DNA of 43,220 nucleotides from the IMG/VR virus record IMGVR_UViG_2526164633_000017. One strand, given 5' to 3'. The notes under the pieces were generated by a model. It was not told the origin of the DNA. It searched no databases and saw only the letters and a program-made list of their open reading frames with translations. This document shows positions 29,937 to 39,406 of this stretch, in pieces; position 1 is the first letter of the stretch, and each line of letters begins with the position of its first letter. The position numbers and the translations under genes are program-made. This stretch comes from a virus (taxonomy: Duplodnaviria > Heunggongvirae > Uroviricota > Caudoviricetes).

Positions 29937-30356
29937 TCAGTACAGCAGAGGCTCGCGCAGTGATGCCGGAATATGCCGCAGCGATAACTGAACCGCTTTC
30001 AGGGCAAGCGAGGAATAACAGCAGCGCGCCCAGCCTTTTGCCATTAACCGGTAATCGCGCCAGATACGCTGCCACATTTCACGGGCTTCAGGGTCTGATG
30101 CGCAGATGTATTCCCGGTCCATGACGTACTCCCATAAATCCACGTTGAACGCACCGCCAAATGCAATGGCGCGGGATATGCTTTCGCCGCAATAACGTGC
30201 ACAGATGCTGTAATGGTCGAAAGCAATCAGGTAAGTCTTTTCACCACAATCATCAACTTTCCGGGCGCAAATAAACTCGCGTAATTCACCACCGTTGTTA
30301 TTGCGTTCCTGAATTCGGATTAATGCCTGAATTTCATTTCGGATTTTGACGTTCAT
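29937..30356 (-). CDS. Hypothetical early protein
   Basis: 139-aa ORF. Confidence 0.5.
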   Translation of the reverse strand: MNVKIRNEIQALIRIQERNNNGGELREFICARKVDDCGEKTYLIAFDHYSICARYCGESISRAIAFGGAFNVDLWEYVMDREYICASDPEAREMWQRIWRDYRLMAKGWARCCYSSLALKAVQLSLRHIPASLREPLLY

Positions 30357-30376
30357 TGTCAGCGTTCCTTTGCGAA

Positions 30377-30646
30377 TTAATGTTTAACCGCATTCACCGG
30401 ATGTGGTACTAAATCACATTCAGCTTCCATACCCACTTTCTTCATAGTGGTCAGCATCTCATCTTTGGCCTTTTTAATAATTTCAGGAGCCATAGTCAGG
30501 ACGATATTTGCCAGTAAATCATGAGGCCCGATATTTTCCGTTGGCGAGATATCTGCAAGACATGCTTTTGCATCCAGAACTTCTCTGCGCCCATTGCAAC
30601 CGTCACTACTTTCCAGCCATGTAAACTCAAAGATAACTTTTGCCAT
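30377..30646 (-). CDS. Hypothetical early protein
   Basis: 89-aa ORF. Confidence 0.5.
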   Translation of the reverse strand: MAKVIFEFTWLESSDGCNGRREVLDAKACLADISPTENIGPHDLLANIVLTMAPEIIKKAKDEMLTTMKKVGMEAECDLVPHPVNAVKH

Positions 30647-30657
30647 TTTGCGTCTCC

Positions 30658-30912
30658 TTATTGATTCTGAATAACTGCGCTGGCTTTTACCTTCGCGCCT
30701 TTTACCTGCTTAAAGAAAACCGCGCTGCACCACGGACAACATGCAAAGGAGTCCCATACTTCATTTTCTGGTGAGCATTGCGTCATAATTTGCTCTTTGC
30801 ATTTGGGGCAATTAAATGCAGTCAGAGCCACATTGTTATTCTGTACCCGTTTAACCCATTCAATATATTTTTCAGCTTTAGTACACATCGTTATCTCCAG
30901 ATAATCTGGCAA
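30658..30912 (-). CDS. Small zinc-ribbon protein
   Basis: 84-aa ORF with CPKC...CCPWC. Confidence 0.5.
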
Positions 30913-31118
30913 CCATTAAGACGGGCCGTCCATACAGAACGGGCCACCCCGGACTTATGCTCCATAATTCTGACCGCGTTTTTTACCAGTTCCACCGGTG
31001 GGTAAGTGATTTCAAGAATCGGACGCGCCACGCCGAGATATGATTCATTTACATGACTCCCGCGCGCCTGTAACCAGTTCTGCGCATCCGTTGCCATTTT
31101 TATATTTCGGGCCATCAT
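30891..31118 (-). CDS. Hypothetical small protein directly after B (position of Mu kil)
   Basis: 75-aa ORF. Confidence 0.45.
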
Positions 31119-31133
31119 AATTTCTTCTCCTTC

Positions 31134-32072
31134 TTAATTACGCAGCAGCGTTGAAATATCAACGTCCAGGTCTAATTCACGGAAAGCCTGACGCAGATAA
31201 TCTTCGTTAACACGCTCACCTTTACCGTGAGCCGTCATGGCGGCAAGGCGAAGTGAATGATTCAGAATGCGAAGCGCACCTGGTTTCTGCGCAATCTGCT
31301 GTAATAACTCCAGTTCTTTTTCACCGTTAATCTGCCAGGCATCCGCAATAGCTTTTACATCGGCTTTTTTGGTTTTATTAATTGCAGTGCGCTTTGCAAT
31401 ACGGGAAAACAGACGGGCAAATTCAACCGTTCTGTTACCCCCCGTCATATTTGAATAAACCCGGTGATTTCCCATCAGCACAAGGCCAATACGGGTTGAT
31501 TCCTGTAACAGGCGGAGTTCTTCCAGAACCTCGGCACCAAGATGATCAGCTTCGTCGATGATAACCAGCCCCTGTGTACCTTCAAGGCGACGTCGCAGGG
31601 CGCGGGAGAGCGGCCCTTTACGGCGTGGTGCGTCATTCATTCCCAGCTCAAACGCCAGTTCAGTAAGACATTCCAGAACGCTGGCACAGGATGGCGTAAT
31701 GGTGATCATCCAGACATTGTTATTGGTGCGGCGATATTCACGGGCCGCTTCGGTTTTACCCACACCAGGATTGCCACATACAACAGCAATACTTTCAGTC
31801 AGGCTGGCAAAACGCATACTTGTCCAGATTTGTTTTACCGTCTGCGTTTCCACAAAGCGGGGCGGCTCAGGTAGTTCTGCAACTGCATGATATTTTTCCA
31901 GCCAGCGTTGCAGAATTTGTGAAACACGCTCGTTATCCCCGTTGTACTTATCATTGATAAAACTACTGATAGTTCCGGTAGAAAGCCCGCTCTCAAGAGC
32001 AATTTGTTTAAAGGTGGTTTCTTCATTTTCTACAAGCGTGCGCAGTTCTGCGCGAATATCGGAAATATTCAT
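31134..32072 (-). CDS. B: DNA transposition ATPase (MuB-like, AAA+)
   Basis: 312-aa ORF with Walker A GNPGVGKTE and Walker B VIIDEADHL; N-terminal HTH; immediately after transposase gene. Confidence 0.9.
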   Translation of the reverse strand: MNISDIRAELRTLVENEETTFKQIALESGLSTGTISSFINDKYNGDNERVSQILQRWLEKYHAVAELPEPPRFVETQTVKQIWTSMRFASLTESIAVVCGNPGVGKTEAAREYRRTNNNVWMITITPSCASVLECLTELAFELGMNDAPRRKGPLSRALRRRLEGTQGLVIIDEADHLGAEVLEELRLLQESTRIGLVLMGNHRVYSNMTGGNRTVEFARLFSRIAKRTAINKTKKADVKAIADAWQINGEKELELLQQIAQKPGALRILNHSLRLAAMTAHGKGERVNEDYLRQAFRELDLDVDISTLLRN

Positions 32073-32110
32073 CTGAATAACCTCGTAATTAAATTTTGTT
32101 TAAACGTTAA

Positions 32111-34204
32111 TTAAATGGCTTTTTTACGTCTGTTCTGTTCCAGAATATCCAGCGAATGATTCAGATATTCATCACGCTCAGTTTCGTATTCATCATCATG
32201 CTCTTCCTCACACCTCAACGGCTGAACGGTCACCACATTACCAACAGGGCGATAAACATTATCCAGCCAGGGTTCTATCGTTTTTTGTTCAATAACCTGA
32301 ATACCTTCATCCTCAGCATCACGTATTTTTTCCTCAGCACGCTTGCGCATTCCTTTAATACGTTGCTGTTGTTTGTGATATTCAGCCGTAACAGGAAAGG
32401 CTGCGCGTTTATTGCCGTTCCATATCGCCTCACAGATAAAGCTACCGTCCTTACGGCGTACCGTAATTCGCTCGGCATCGTGAATGTCATAGCTGATAAG
32501 TACCTTGCGACCATGTTCATCACGTAGCTCTGGCGCGTAGTAAATATTGTTCAGCCACTGGATTTCGCAGCGTCTTACCGGACGCTCCACCATCGGGCGG
32601 AACATGTCACGCAGCTCAATATCACTCAGCCACTCAATTTCAGTGTCTTCTTCCGCTAAGCGTTTTTTTCTGAACTCTGCCGGGCTGTAATGTTTTCCGT
32701 TTGGTTTCATCGGCAATTCAGAATGTGGGCGGTTGTTGTACCACTCCACCCCCTCACGGATAGCCTCAATCAGTTCTGACCAAGACGGCAGCTCGCGCAT
32801 TGCGGCTTTCTGACGGGCGCTCAGTGGCTTGTCCTGTTGCAGGGCATTAAACGCTGAACGCAGATCACGATTAAGTACTCGCAACGATTCCCGGTCAGCC
32901 CCCTTGCCGAAATAGGTGCGATACCTCCTTGCTATACGCATCGGTAACGTCCGGTTCAGGCGCTCAATAATGCCGCGTCCCTGCGGATTTCCCGCAATAC
33001 CAGTGGGGTGGTTAATCCCCAGGCGGGGCAGAATCCCGACGATCTCTTTATCCAGCATATCTGCCGTTTCACCGGAACCATTATCCGAGTAATACAGGAA
33101 TGGTTTTCCGTGATTGCGAATGCCGTGTTGTATCGCCCCGGCAACAGCGAACACGTTCTCCGCAAGATCAAGACTCCAGCCAACCACAAACCGGGTTCCA
33201 CCGTCGATCACAAACGTAACTTCCGGTGAAAATGGACGCCCGTGAACCGGATGCGCACATTTCAGCTTCATACCGTGACCGTCACCAATCCAGACATAAT
33301 TCACCGGCATAGCTGTCCAGTCGCGGCGGGTGAATCCTTCAAGCTGACGGTATTCACTGCCGGTAACGCGCCCTTTTTGTTTCACCACTTCCGGCAGTTT
33401 TTTCATGGCATACCGGACAACATCATAGGAAGGCATCACCTCCAGCATGTATGGTTCGTCCGCATGGCGACGCTGCCAATCAGCGACAAAATCCTCGTAT
33501 GCTTCTGACATAGGCCTGCCGTTAGCCTGACGATACTGCGCCAGAAATTCAGGCAGCCAGCTAATTTCTTCCGGTTTTATTTCGTCGCGCTTTCCTGGTG
33601 CCAGTAACAGCAATCGTTCTGCGGCATTCTGTGCTTTGTTAAACGCAGCTATCCAACGTTTGAGCGTAATTGCGCTCAGAGTTCGCTCTTTCCCTTTACG
33701 GGCATTAGCAGTAATGACCAAAGATTCCAGGCGTTCTTCCAGGTTACCCTGCGCTAACCGCGACACAATAAAACGTATAGCGCTGGCACAACTGAATCCC
33801 GGCTCCTGGCTAATTCGTAGAACTTCACAGACAAGAGCAATACGCGCTTCTGCAACTTTACGTTGATTTTCCGTAAGCGCATTCAGACGCTCTTCTACCA
33901 ATTGTGGCGAACCGCGATATGCCTCAACAGGCTGTACAACATTTTGTTTGCGTTCACGCTTTACAGGAGGCTGGGTAGTTATCTCCTGCGGGGCGGTTGC
34001 CATCAGTTGAGCTACATGGCGCTCACGTAACGCCCGTTGTGTAACCGGAGGGAGGCAGTCGATGCTGTATTCAATGGTTTTTGAACCCGCACGTTTGCGC
34101 CTGAAATGCTCAGATGAGGCCAGTTTCCTTATGGAATACCGCACCCCTTGCGCAGTTCCCGGCATACCCGGTAGCCCTACAAGCTCATTAACTGACACAA
34201 ACAT
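32111..34204 (-). CDS. A: DDE transposase (MuA family)
   Basis: 697-aa ORF; N-terminal winged-helix-like DNA-binding region, DDE-type core (IGDGHG...), C-terminus ...DEYETERDEYLNHSLDILEQNRRKKAI. Confidence 0.9.
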   Translation of the reverse strand: MFVSVNELVGLPGMPGTAQGVRYSIRKLASSEHFRRKRAGSKTIEYSIDCLPPVTQRALRERHVAQLMATAPQEITTQPPVKRERKQNVVQPVEAYRGSPQLVEERLNALTENQRKVAEARIALVCEVLRISQEPGFSCASAIRFIVSRLAQGNLEERLESLVITANARKGKERTLSAITLKRWIAAFNKAQNAAERLLLLAPGKRDEIKPEEISWLPEFLAQYRQANGRPMSEAYEDFVADWQRRHADEPYMLEVMPSYDVVRYAMKKLPEVVKQKGRVTGSEYRQLEGFTRRDWTAMPVNYVWIGDGHGMKLKCAHPVHGRPFSPEVTFVIDGGTRFVVGWSLDLAENVFAVAGAIQHGIRNHGKPFLYYSDNGSGETADMLDKEIVGILPRLGINHPTGIAGNPQGRGIIERLNRTLPMRIARRYRTYFGKGADRESLRVLNRDLRSAFNALQQDKPLSARQKAAMRELPSWSELIEAIREGVEWYNNRPHSELPMKPNGKHYSPAEFRKKRLAEEDTEIEWLSDIELRDMFRPMVERPVRRCEIQWLNNIYYAPELRDEHGRKVLISYDIHDAERITVRRKDGSFICEAIWNGNKRAAFPVTAEYHKQQQRIKGMRKRAEEKIRDAEDEGIQVIEQKTIEPWLDNVYRPVGNVVTVQPLRCEEEHDDEYETERDEYLNHSLDILEQNRRKKAI

Positions 34205-34206
34205 TT

Positions 34207-34443
34207 TTATGCCACCTTACGAGCGTAACGGCTGGGCCAGATCTCCTCCGGCGCAACACCAATAGCATCAGCAATAATGCGCTCATATTTTGGGCATTTG
34301 CGGTACAGGGCATTCTTTAAAGAATCCTGGTTTAAACCGGCTTCAATGGACAGAGAGCGTAAAGTAAAACCTTTTACATGCACCGCCGCGACAACATGCG
34401 CGGGGTGCCAGTCCTGTTTAACAACTTCATTTATAGACATCAT
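34207..34443 (-). CDS. ner: Ner-like DNA-binding regulator (Nlp/Ner family)
   Basis: ORF track 34207..34515; conserved Ner-type sequence starts at the internal ATGATG (34438-34443): MSINEVVKQDWHPAHVVAAV...IIADAIGVAPEEIWPSRY. Confidence 0.8.
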   Translation of the reverse strand: MMSINEVVKQDWHPAHVVAAVHVKGFTLRSLSIEAGLNQDSLKNALYRKCPKYERIIADAIGVAPEEIWPSRYARKVA

Positions 34444-34623
34444 TCGTTTATCCTTAAAAGTTATCTGTGCGGATAACACCGCCGGATAATCTCTGCGGAT
34501 AAAGTATTGATCCACATGTGGCGCATGTAAAGCAAAAATTTGATTTTCTTTTGCCTGATGTGGATCATCTGTGTTTTCTATTGAAATTATCCTTTTGTAT
34601 CAATTAGATAAGAGGAAAGAAAA
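34444..34623. promoter_or_regulatory. Divergent early promoter/operator region between ner and repressor gene
   Basis: Three direct repeats GCGGATAA/CCGGATAA at 34469, 34482 and 34495 (13-bp spacing); palindrome TTATC-N6-GATAA (34461-34476); inverted pair TGATCCACA (34508-34516) / TGTGGATCA (34559-34567); 10-bp palindrome CCACATGTGG (34511-34520). Confidence 0.6.
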
Positions 34624-35169
34624 ATGGATAAGCTGAAAGGAAAGTCACTTTCTTTGCCGGAAGTGACAAAAGAAAGTATCCCGGAGCGTTTGAGAGAATT
34701 AATTGGAAAAAGAAGTGTAAGGGCTGCTGCGAAAGATTGGGGGTTGTCTTTTTCTACTTTAAACAATTACCTGACGCGAGGTACTGAACCTTCACTCAGT
34801 GTGGCTCGGCAGATAGCTGCAATTGAAGGGGTTACTATCGAATGGATATGTGGATCACATGATGATTCATATGAGAATCACCCAATTTCAACTAACACGC
34901 ATAATGAGAATACAAAACTCATTATGAACATCATTAACGCCTTGGATGCAAAGGATATTGAGCGACTATCTAAGACTCTTGCCCTCAATGGTGCTAAGTA
35001 TCTGACTCAAATGTTGGAACCCGAAAATCAAGGCTTACTGCGTCTTGAAGGACGAAAACGTGTCGCCGCGCTGCTATTAGATGATTTACCTGATGAGCGT
35101 ATCAGAGAGATTTTGGAAGAAATTGAGAGCAGCAAACTCTCAAGTAGTGTAAAATCGAGAGCGGGCTAG
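34624..35169 (+). CDS. c: Prophage repressor (Mu c-like)
   Basis: 181-aa ORF divergent from ner-A-B operon; HTH-like segment (VRAAAKDWGLSFSTLNNYLTRG); RBS AGGAAAG upstream. Confidence 0.75.
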   Translation: MDKLKGKSLSLPEVTKESIPERLRELIGKRSVRAAAKDWGLSFSTLNNYLTRGTEPSLSVARQIAAIEGVTIEWICGSHDDSYENHPISTNTHNENTKLIMNIINALDAKDIERLSKTLALNGAKYLTQMLEPENQGLLRLEGRKRVAALLLDDLPDERIREILEEIESSKLSSSVKSRAG

Positions 35170-35183
35170 TTCAATTAGCCCGC
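35161..35183 (+). terminator. Hairpin at end of repressor gene (weak terminator candidate)
   Basis: GCGGGCTA-N7-TAGCCCGC overlapping the stop codon; followed by only a short T-run. Confidence 0.35.
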
Positions 35184-35233
35184 AGTGAACAGATTTTGAA
35201 GGCATTTAAAATGCTAAAATTGCAGTAACGCGT

Positions 35234-35389
35234 AGTATCAAATATTTTTTCGTTTTTAGCTTTCTTTGCGATGGTAGTATCAAATCGCATGTTGTGCGCA
35301 TAACACTGTTTTATGTCATAACTGTTTGTTTTATCCCATCAAATCCCGTTTAATCCACTTTCCTCCCGGATTTTTCACCAGTATCAAAT
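35234..35389. repeat. Three direct repeats (G)TAGTATCAAAT near the Mu-like prophage end; candidate transposase end-binding sites (L1-L3-like)
   Basis: Copies at 35234-35243, 35277-35286 and 35380-35389; distances from the inferred end (about 35395) are roughly 10, 115 and 155 bp, resembling the L1/L2/L3 spacing of Mu attL. Confidence 0.55.
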
Positions 35390-35421
35390 AATTTACCTCT
35401 CTATACGACTATGAGGAGAAA

Positions 35422-35727
35422 TTGCTTATTGCCAGATGGGAACTGACAGCAGAACAGGCTGTTACACAGCAGTTAAAAAATGAGGTGTCAAAAGGAAAAC
35501 TGATTGACACCGGGTTCTGTATTTTTGCCCTCAGTAAGCTGGCAATGGCGTTATCCAGTACGCTTGATTCCATCCCTTTATCCATGCAGCGACAGTTTCC
35601 TGATTTAACACCGCGCCATCTTGACCATCTGAAAACCCTTATTGCGAAGGGGGCAAATCAGTGTGCGCGGGCAGGGGATAAATTACCGGATTTACTCGAT
35701 GAATATATCAGAGCAACAACTGAATAA
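35422..35727 (+). pseudogene. nu1: Lambdoid terminase small subunit (Nu1-like), C-terminal half only; 5' part displaced by Mu-like prophage insertion
   Basis: Reading frame matches the C-terminal half of lambda Nu1 as I recall it (...FCIFALSKLA...LDSIPLSMQRQFP...LLDEYI...); frame hits a stop at 35389-35391 inside the terminal repeat region; no ATG start (track start is TTG). Confidence 0.65.
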
Positions 35728-37627
35728 TATGATGGCTGCCGTTTCGGTTGCGCTGCAGCCTCTGGTCAGGGTTGTACCAATGACGGCAGTTGAATGGGCT
35801 GATCAAAATTATTATCTGCCTAAAGAATCTTCATATGGTGAGGGAGAATGGAAAACGCTGCCATTCCAGATCGCCATTATGAACTGTATGGGTAACGACC
35901 AGGTTCGCACGGTTAACCTGATTAAATCTGCCCGTGTTGGCTATACAAAGATGTTGCTGGGGGTGGTCGGGTATTTTATTGAGCATAAATCCCGAAACAG
36001 TCTGCTTTTTCAGCCCACGGATTCTGCCGCTGAAGATTTTATGAAGTCTCACGTGGAGGCGACGATTCGGAACGTGCCATGCCTGAAAGACCTTTCCCCA
36101 TGGCTGGGTCGTAAACATCGTGACAATACTCTCACGCTGAAACGCTTTTCATCGGGCGTCGGTTTCTGGTGCCTGGGCGGCGCTGCCGCCAAAAACTACC
36201 GTGAAAAATCCGTGGACGTGGTCTGCTATGACGAACTTTCCTCGTTCGAGCCGGATGTCGAAAAAGAGGGCTCGCCAACCCTGCTGGGGGATAAGCGTAT
36301 TGAGGGGTCGGTGTGGCCAAAATCCATTCGCGGCTCGACGCCTAAAATCAAAGGCACCTGCCAGATCGAAAAAGCCGCTAACGAGTCGGCGCATTTTATG
36401 CGTTTTTATGTGCCCTGCCCGCACTGTGGGGAGGAGCAGTATCTGAAATTTGGCGATGAGTCCACGCCTTTTGGGCTTAAATGGGAGAAGGACAGCCCTG
36501 AAAGTGTTTTCTACCTCTGTGAACATCATGGCTGCGTGATCCATCAGTCTGAGCTTGACCAGAGCAACGGGCGGTGGATCTGTGAAAACACGGGCATGTG
36601 GACCCGTGACGGTCTGACGTTTTTCAGCGCCCGGGGTGATGAAATTCCGCCGCCGCGCTCCATCATGTTCCATATCTGGACGGCGTACAGTCCGTTCACC
36701 ACCTGGGTACAGATTGTCTATGACTGGCTGGATGCACTGAAAGATCCCAACGGCCTGAAAACCTTTGTGAACACCACGCTGGGCGAGACCTGGGAAGAGG
36801 CCGTGGGCGAAAAACTCGATCACCAGGTACTGATGGATAAGGTGGTGCGTTACACGGCGGCGGTGCCTGCCCGGGTGGTTTATCTGACGGCGGGCATTGA
36901 CTCGCAGCGAAACCGTTTTGAGATGTATGTCTGGGGATGGGCTCCGGGAGAGGAAGCCTTTCTGGTGGATAAAATCATCATTATGGGGCGTCCTGATGAG
37001 GAAGAGACGCTGTTACGTGTGGATGCGGCGATCAACAAAAAATACCGCCATGCGGATGGCACCGAAATGACTATTTCCCGTGTCTGCTGGGACACCGGGG
37101 GGATCGATGGTGAAATTGTTTATCAGAGATCAAAAAAACACGGTGTTTTCCGGGTGCTGCCGGTAAAAGGCGCATCTGTCTATGGCAAGCCGGTGATCAC
37201 CATGCCAAAAACCCGCAATCAGCGGGGCGTGTATCTGTGTGAAGTGGGAACGGATACCGCAAAAGAAATTCTCTATGCCCGTATGAAAGCCGATCCCACG
37301 CCTGCGGATGAAGCCACGTCGTATGCCATCCGTTTTCCTGATGATCCGGAGATTTTTTCGCAGACAGAGGCGCAGCAACTGGTGGCGGAAGAGCTGGTGG
37401 AGAAGTGGGAAAAAGGAAAGATGCGTCTGCTGTGGGATAACAAAAAGCGGCGTAACGAAGCGCTGGACTGCCTGGTGTATGCCTACGCGGCATTACGTGT
37501 GTCCGTGCAACGCTGGCAGCTTGATCTGGCTGTACTGGCAAAATCCCGGGAAGAAGAGACGACCCGGCCAACCCTGAAAGAACTGGCAGCGAAGCTGTCC
37601 GGAGGAGTGAATGGTTACAGTCGCTGA
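35699..37627 (+). CDS. A: Lambdoid terminase large subunit (gpA-like)
   Basis: ORF track 35642..37627; ATG at 35699 gives MNISEQQLNNMMAAVS...TAVEWADQNYYLPKES..., 642 aa, lambda A-like throughout. Confidence 0.9.
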   Translation: MNISEQQLNNMMAAVSVALQPLVRVVPMTAVEWADQNYYLPKESSYGEGEWKTLPFQIAIMNCMGNDQVRTVNLIKSARVGYTKMLLGVVGYFIEHKSRNSLLFQPTDSAAEDFMKSHVEATIRNVPCLKDLSPWLGRKHRDNTLTLKRFSSGVGFWCLGGAAAKNYREKSVDVVCYDELSSFEPDVEKEGSPTLLGDKRIEGSVWPKSIRGSTPKIKGTCQIEKAANESAHFMRFYVPCPHCGEEQYLKFGDESTPFGLKWEKDSPESVFYLCEHHGCVIHQSELDQSNGRWICENTGMWTRDGLTFFSARGDEIPPPRSIMFHIWTAYSPFTTWVQIVYDWLDALKDPNGLKTFVNTTLGETWEEAVGEKLDHQVLMDKVVRYTAAVPARVVYLTAGIDSQRNRFEMYVWGWAPGEEAFLVDKIIIMGRPDEEETLLRVDAAINKKYRHADGTEMTISRVCWDTGGIDGEIVYQRSKKHGVFRVLPVKGASVYGKPVITMPKTRNQRGVYLCEVGTDTAKEILYARMKADPTPADEATSYAIRFPDDPEIFSQTEAQQLVAEELVEKWEKGKMRLLWDNKKRRNEALDCLVYAYAALRVSVQRWQLDLAVLAKSREEETTRPTLKELAAKLSGGVNGYSR

Positions 37628-37817
37628 ACTGCAGGCGCTGCGTCAGGCGCGCCTTGATTTATTAACCGGTAAACGGGTGGTGTCTGTCCAGAAAGATGGT
37701 CGCAGAATTGAATATACGGCGGCTTCTCTGGATGAGCTTAACCGGGCGATCAATGATGCGGAGTCGGTACTGGGGACAACCCGACGTCGCCGTCGTCCGC
37801 TGGGAGTGAGGTTATGA
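37611..37817 (+). CDS. W: Head-tail joining protein (gpW-like)
   Basis: 68-aa ORF ...LLTGKRVVSVQKDGRRIEYTAASL... Confidence 0.85.
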   Translation: MVTVAELQALRQARLDLLTGKRVVSVQKDGRRIEYTAASLDELNRAINDAESVLGTTRRRRRPLGVRL

Positions 37818-39406
37818 AACGAACGCCTGTCCTGATTGATGTGAACGGCGTTCCGCTTCGTGAGAGTCTCAGCTACAACGGGGGCGGCGCAGGATTTGGC
37901 GGGCAAATGGCGGAGTGGTTGCCACCGGCGCAGAGTGTCGATGCGGCCCTGCTGCCCGCGTTGCGTCTGGGGAATGCCCGGGCAGATGATCTGGTGCGCA
38001 ATAACGGAATAGCGGCTAATGCGGTGGCCCTGCATAAGGATCACATTGTCGGGCATATGTTTCTGATCAGCTACCGTCCGAACTGGCGCTGGCTGGGGAT
38101 GCGGGAGACCGCAGCAAAAAGCTTTGTCGATGAGGTGGAGGCGGCCTGGTCGGAATACGCAGAAGGGATGTCTGGCGAGATCGACGTGGAAGGAAAACGC
38201 ACATTTACGGAGTTTATCCGTGAAGGTGTTGGCGTTCATGCGTTTAACGGCGAAATCTTTGTGCAGCCGGTCTGGGATACGGAAACCACGCAGTTATTCC
38301 GTACGCGTTTTAAAGCCGTGAGTCCGAAACGGGTGGACACGCCAGGACACGGTATGGGGAACCGTTTTCTGCGGGCCGGGGTGGAGGTCGATCGATATGG
38401 CCGTGCCGTTGCGTACCATATCTGTGAGGATGATTTTCCTCGCTCCGGGAGTGGACGATGGGAACGGATCCCGCGTGAACTTCCCACCGGGCGTCCGGCC
38501 ATGCTGCATATTTTCGAGCCGGTGGAGGACGGGCAGACCCGTGGGGCTAATCAGTTTTACAGCGTCATGGAACGGCTGAAGATGCTGGATTCCCTGCAGG
38601 CAACACAGCTTCAGTCGGCCATTGTGAAAGCCATGTATGCAGCGACGATTGAAAGTGAACTTGATACCGAAAAGGCCTTTGAATATATCGCCGGCGCGCC
38701 ACAGGAGCAGAAGGATAATCCGCTTATTAATATTCTGGAGAAGTTCTCCAGCTGGTATGACACGAATAACGTGACACTGGGCGGTGTCAAAATTCCGCAC
38801 CTTTTCCCTGGTGATGATCTGAAACTACAGACTGCGCAGGATTCAGACAATGGATTTTCTGCGCTTGAACAGGCGCTGCTGCGGTATATCGCCGCCGGTC
38901 TTGGCGTTTCCTACGAACAGTTGTCCCGTGATTACTCGAAGGTCAGTTATTCAAGTGCCAGGGCCTCTGCCAATGAGTCGTGGCGCTATTTTATGGGGCG
39001 GCGAAAATTTATTGCGGCCCGGCTGGCCACGCAGATGTTTTCCTGCTGGCTGGAAGAGGCACTTCTTCGGGGGATTATCCGTCCGCCACGGGCGCGTTTT
39101 GATTTTTATCAGGCGCGATCAGCCTGGTCACGGGCAGAGTGGATTGGTGCCGGAAGAATGGCCATTGACGGGCTCAAGGAGGTTCAGGAATCGGTGATGC
39201 GCATTGAGGCCGGACTGAGCACGTATGAGAAAGAGCTGGCGCTGATGGGCGAGGATTATCAGGACATTTTCCGCCAGCAGGTCAGGGAATCTGCAGAGCG
39301 GCAAAAAGCCGGACTCTCACGTCCGGTGTGGATAGCGCAGGCGTATCAGCAGCAGATAGCGGAGAGTCGCAGGCCGGAAGAGGAGACAACACCACGTGAG
39401 ACGTAA
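37814..39406 (+). CDS. B: Lambdoid portal protein (gpB-like)
   Basis: 530-aa ORF following W. Confidence 0.9.
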   Translation: MKRTPVLIDVNGVPLRESLSYNGGGAGFGGQMAEWLPPAQSVDAALLPALRLGNARADDLVRNNGIAANAVALHKDHIVGHMFLISYRPNWRWLGMRETAAKSFVDEVEAAWSEYAEGMSGEIDVEGKRTFTEFIREGVGVHAFNGEIFVQPVWDTETTQLFRTRFKAVSPKRVDTPGHGMGNRFLRAGVEVDRYGRAVAYHICEDDFPRSGSGRWERIPRELPTGRPAMLHIFEPVEDGQTRGANQFYSVMERLKMLDSLQATQLQSAIVKAMYAATIESELDTEKAFEYIAGAPQEQKDNPLINILEKFSSWYDTNNVTLGGVKIPHLFPGDDLKLQTAQDSDNGFSALEQALLRYIAAGLGVSYEQLSRDYSKVSYSSARASANESWRYFMGRRKFIAARLATQMFSCWLEEALLRGIIRPPRARFDFYQARSAWSRAEWIGAGRMAIDGLKEVQESVMRIEAGLSTYEKELALMGEDYQDIFRQQVRESAERQKAGLSRPVWIAQAYQQQIAESRRPEEETTPRET

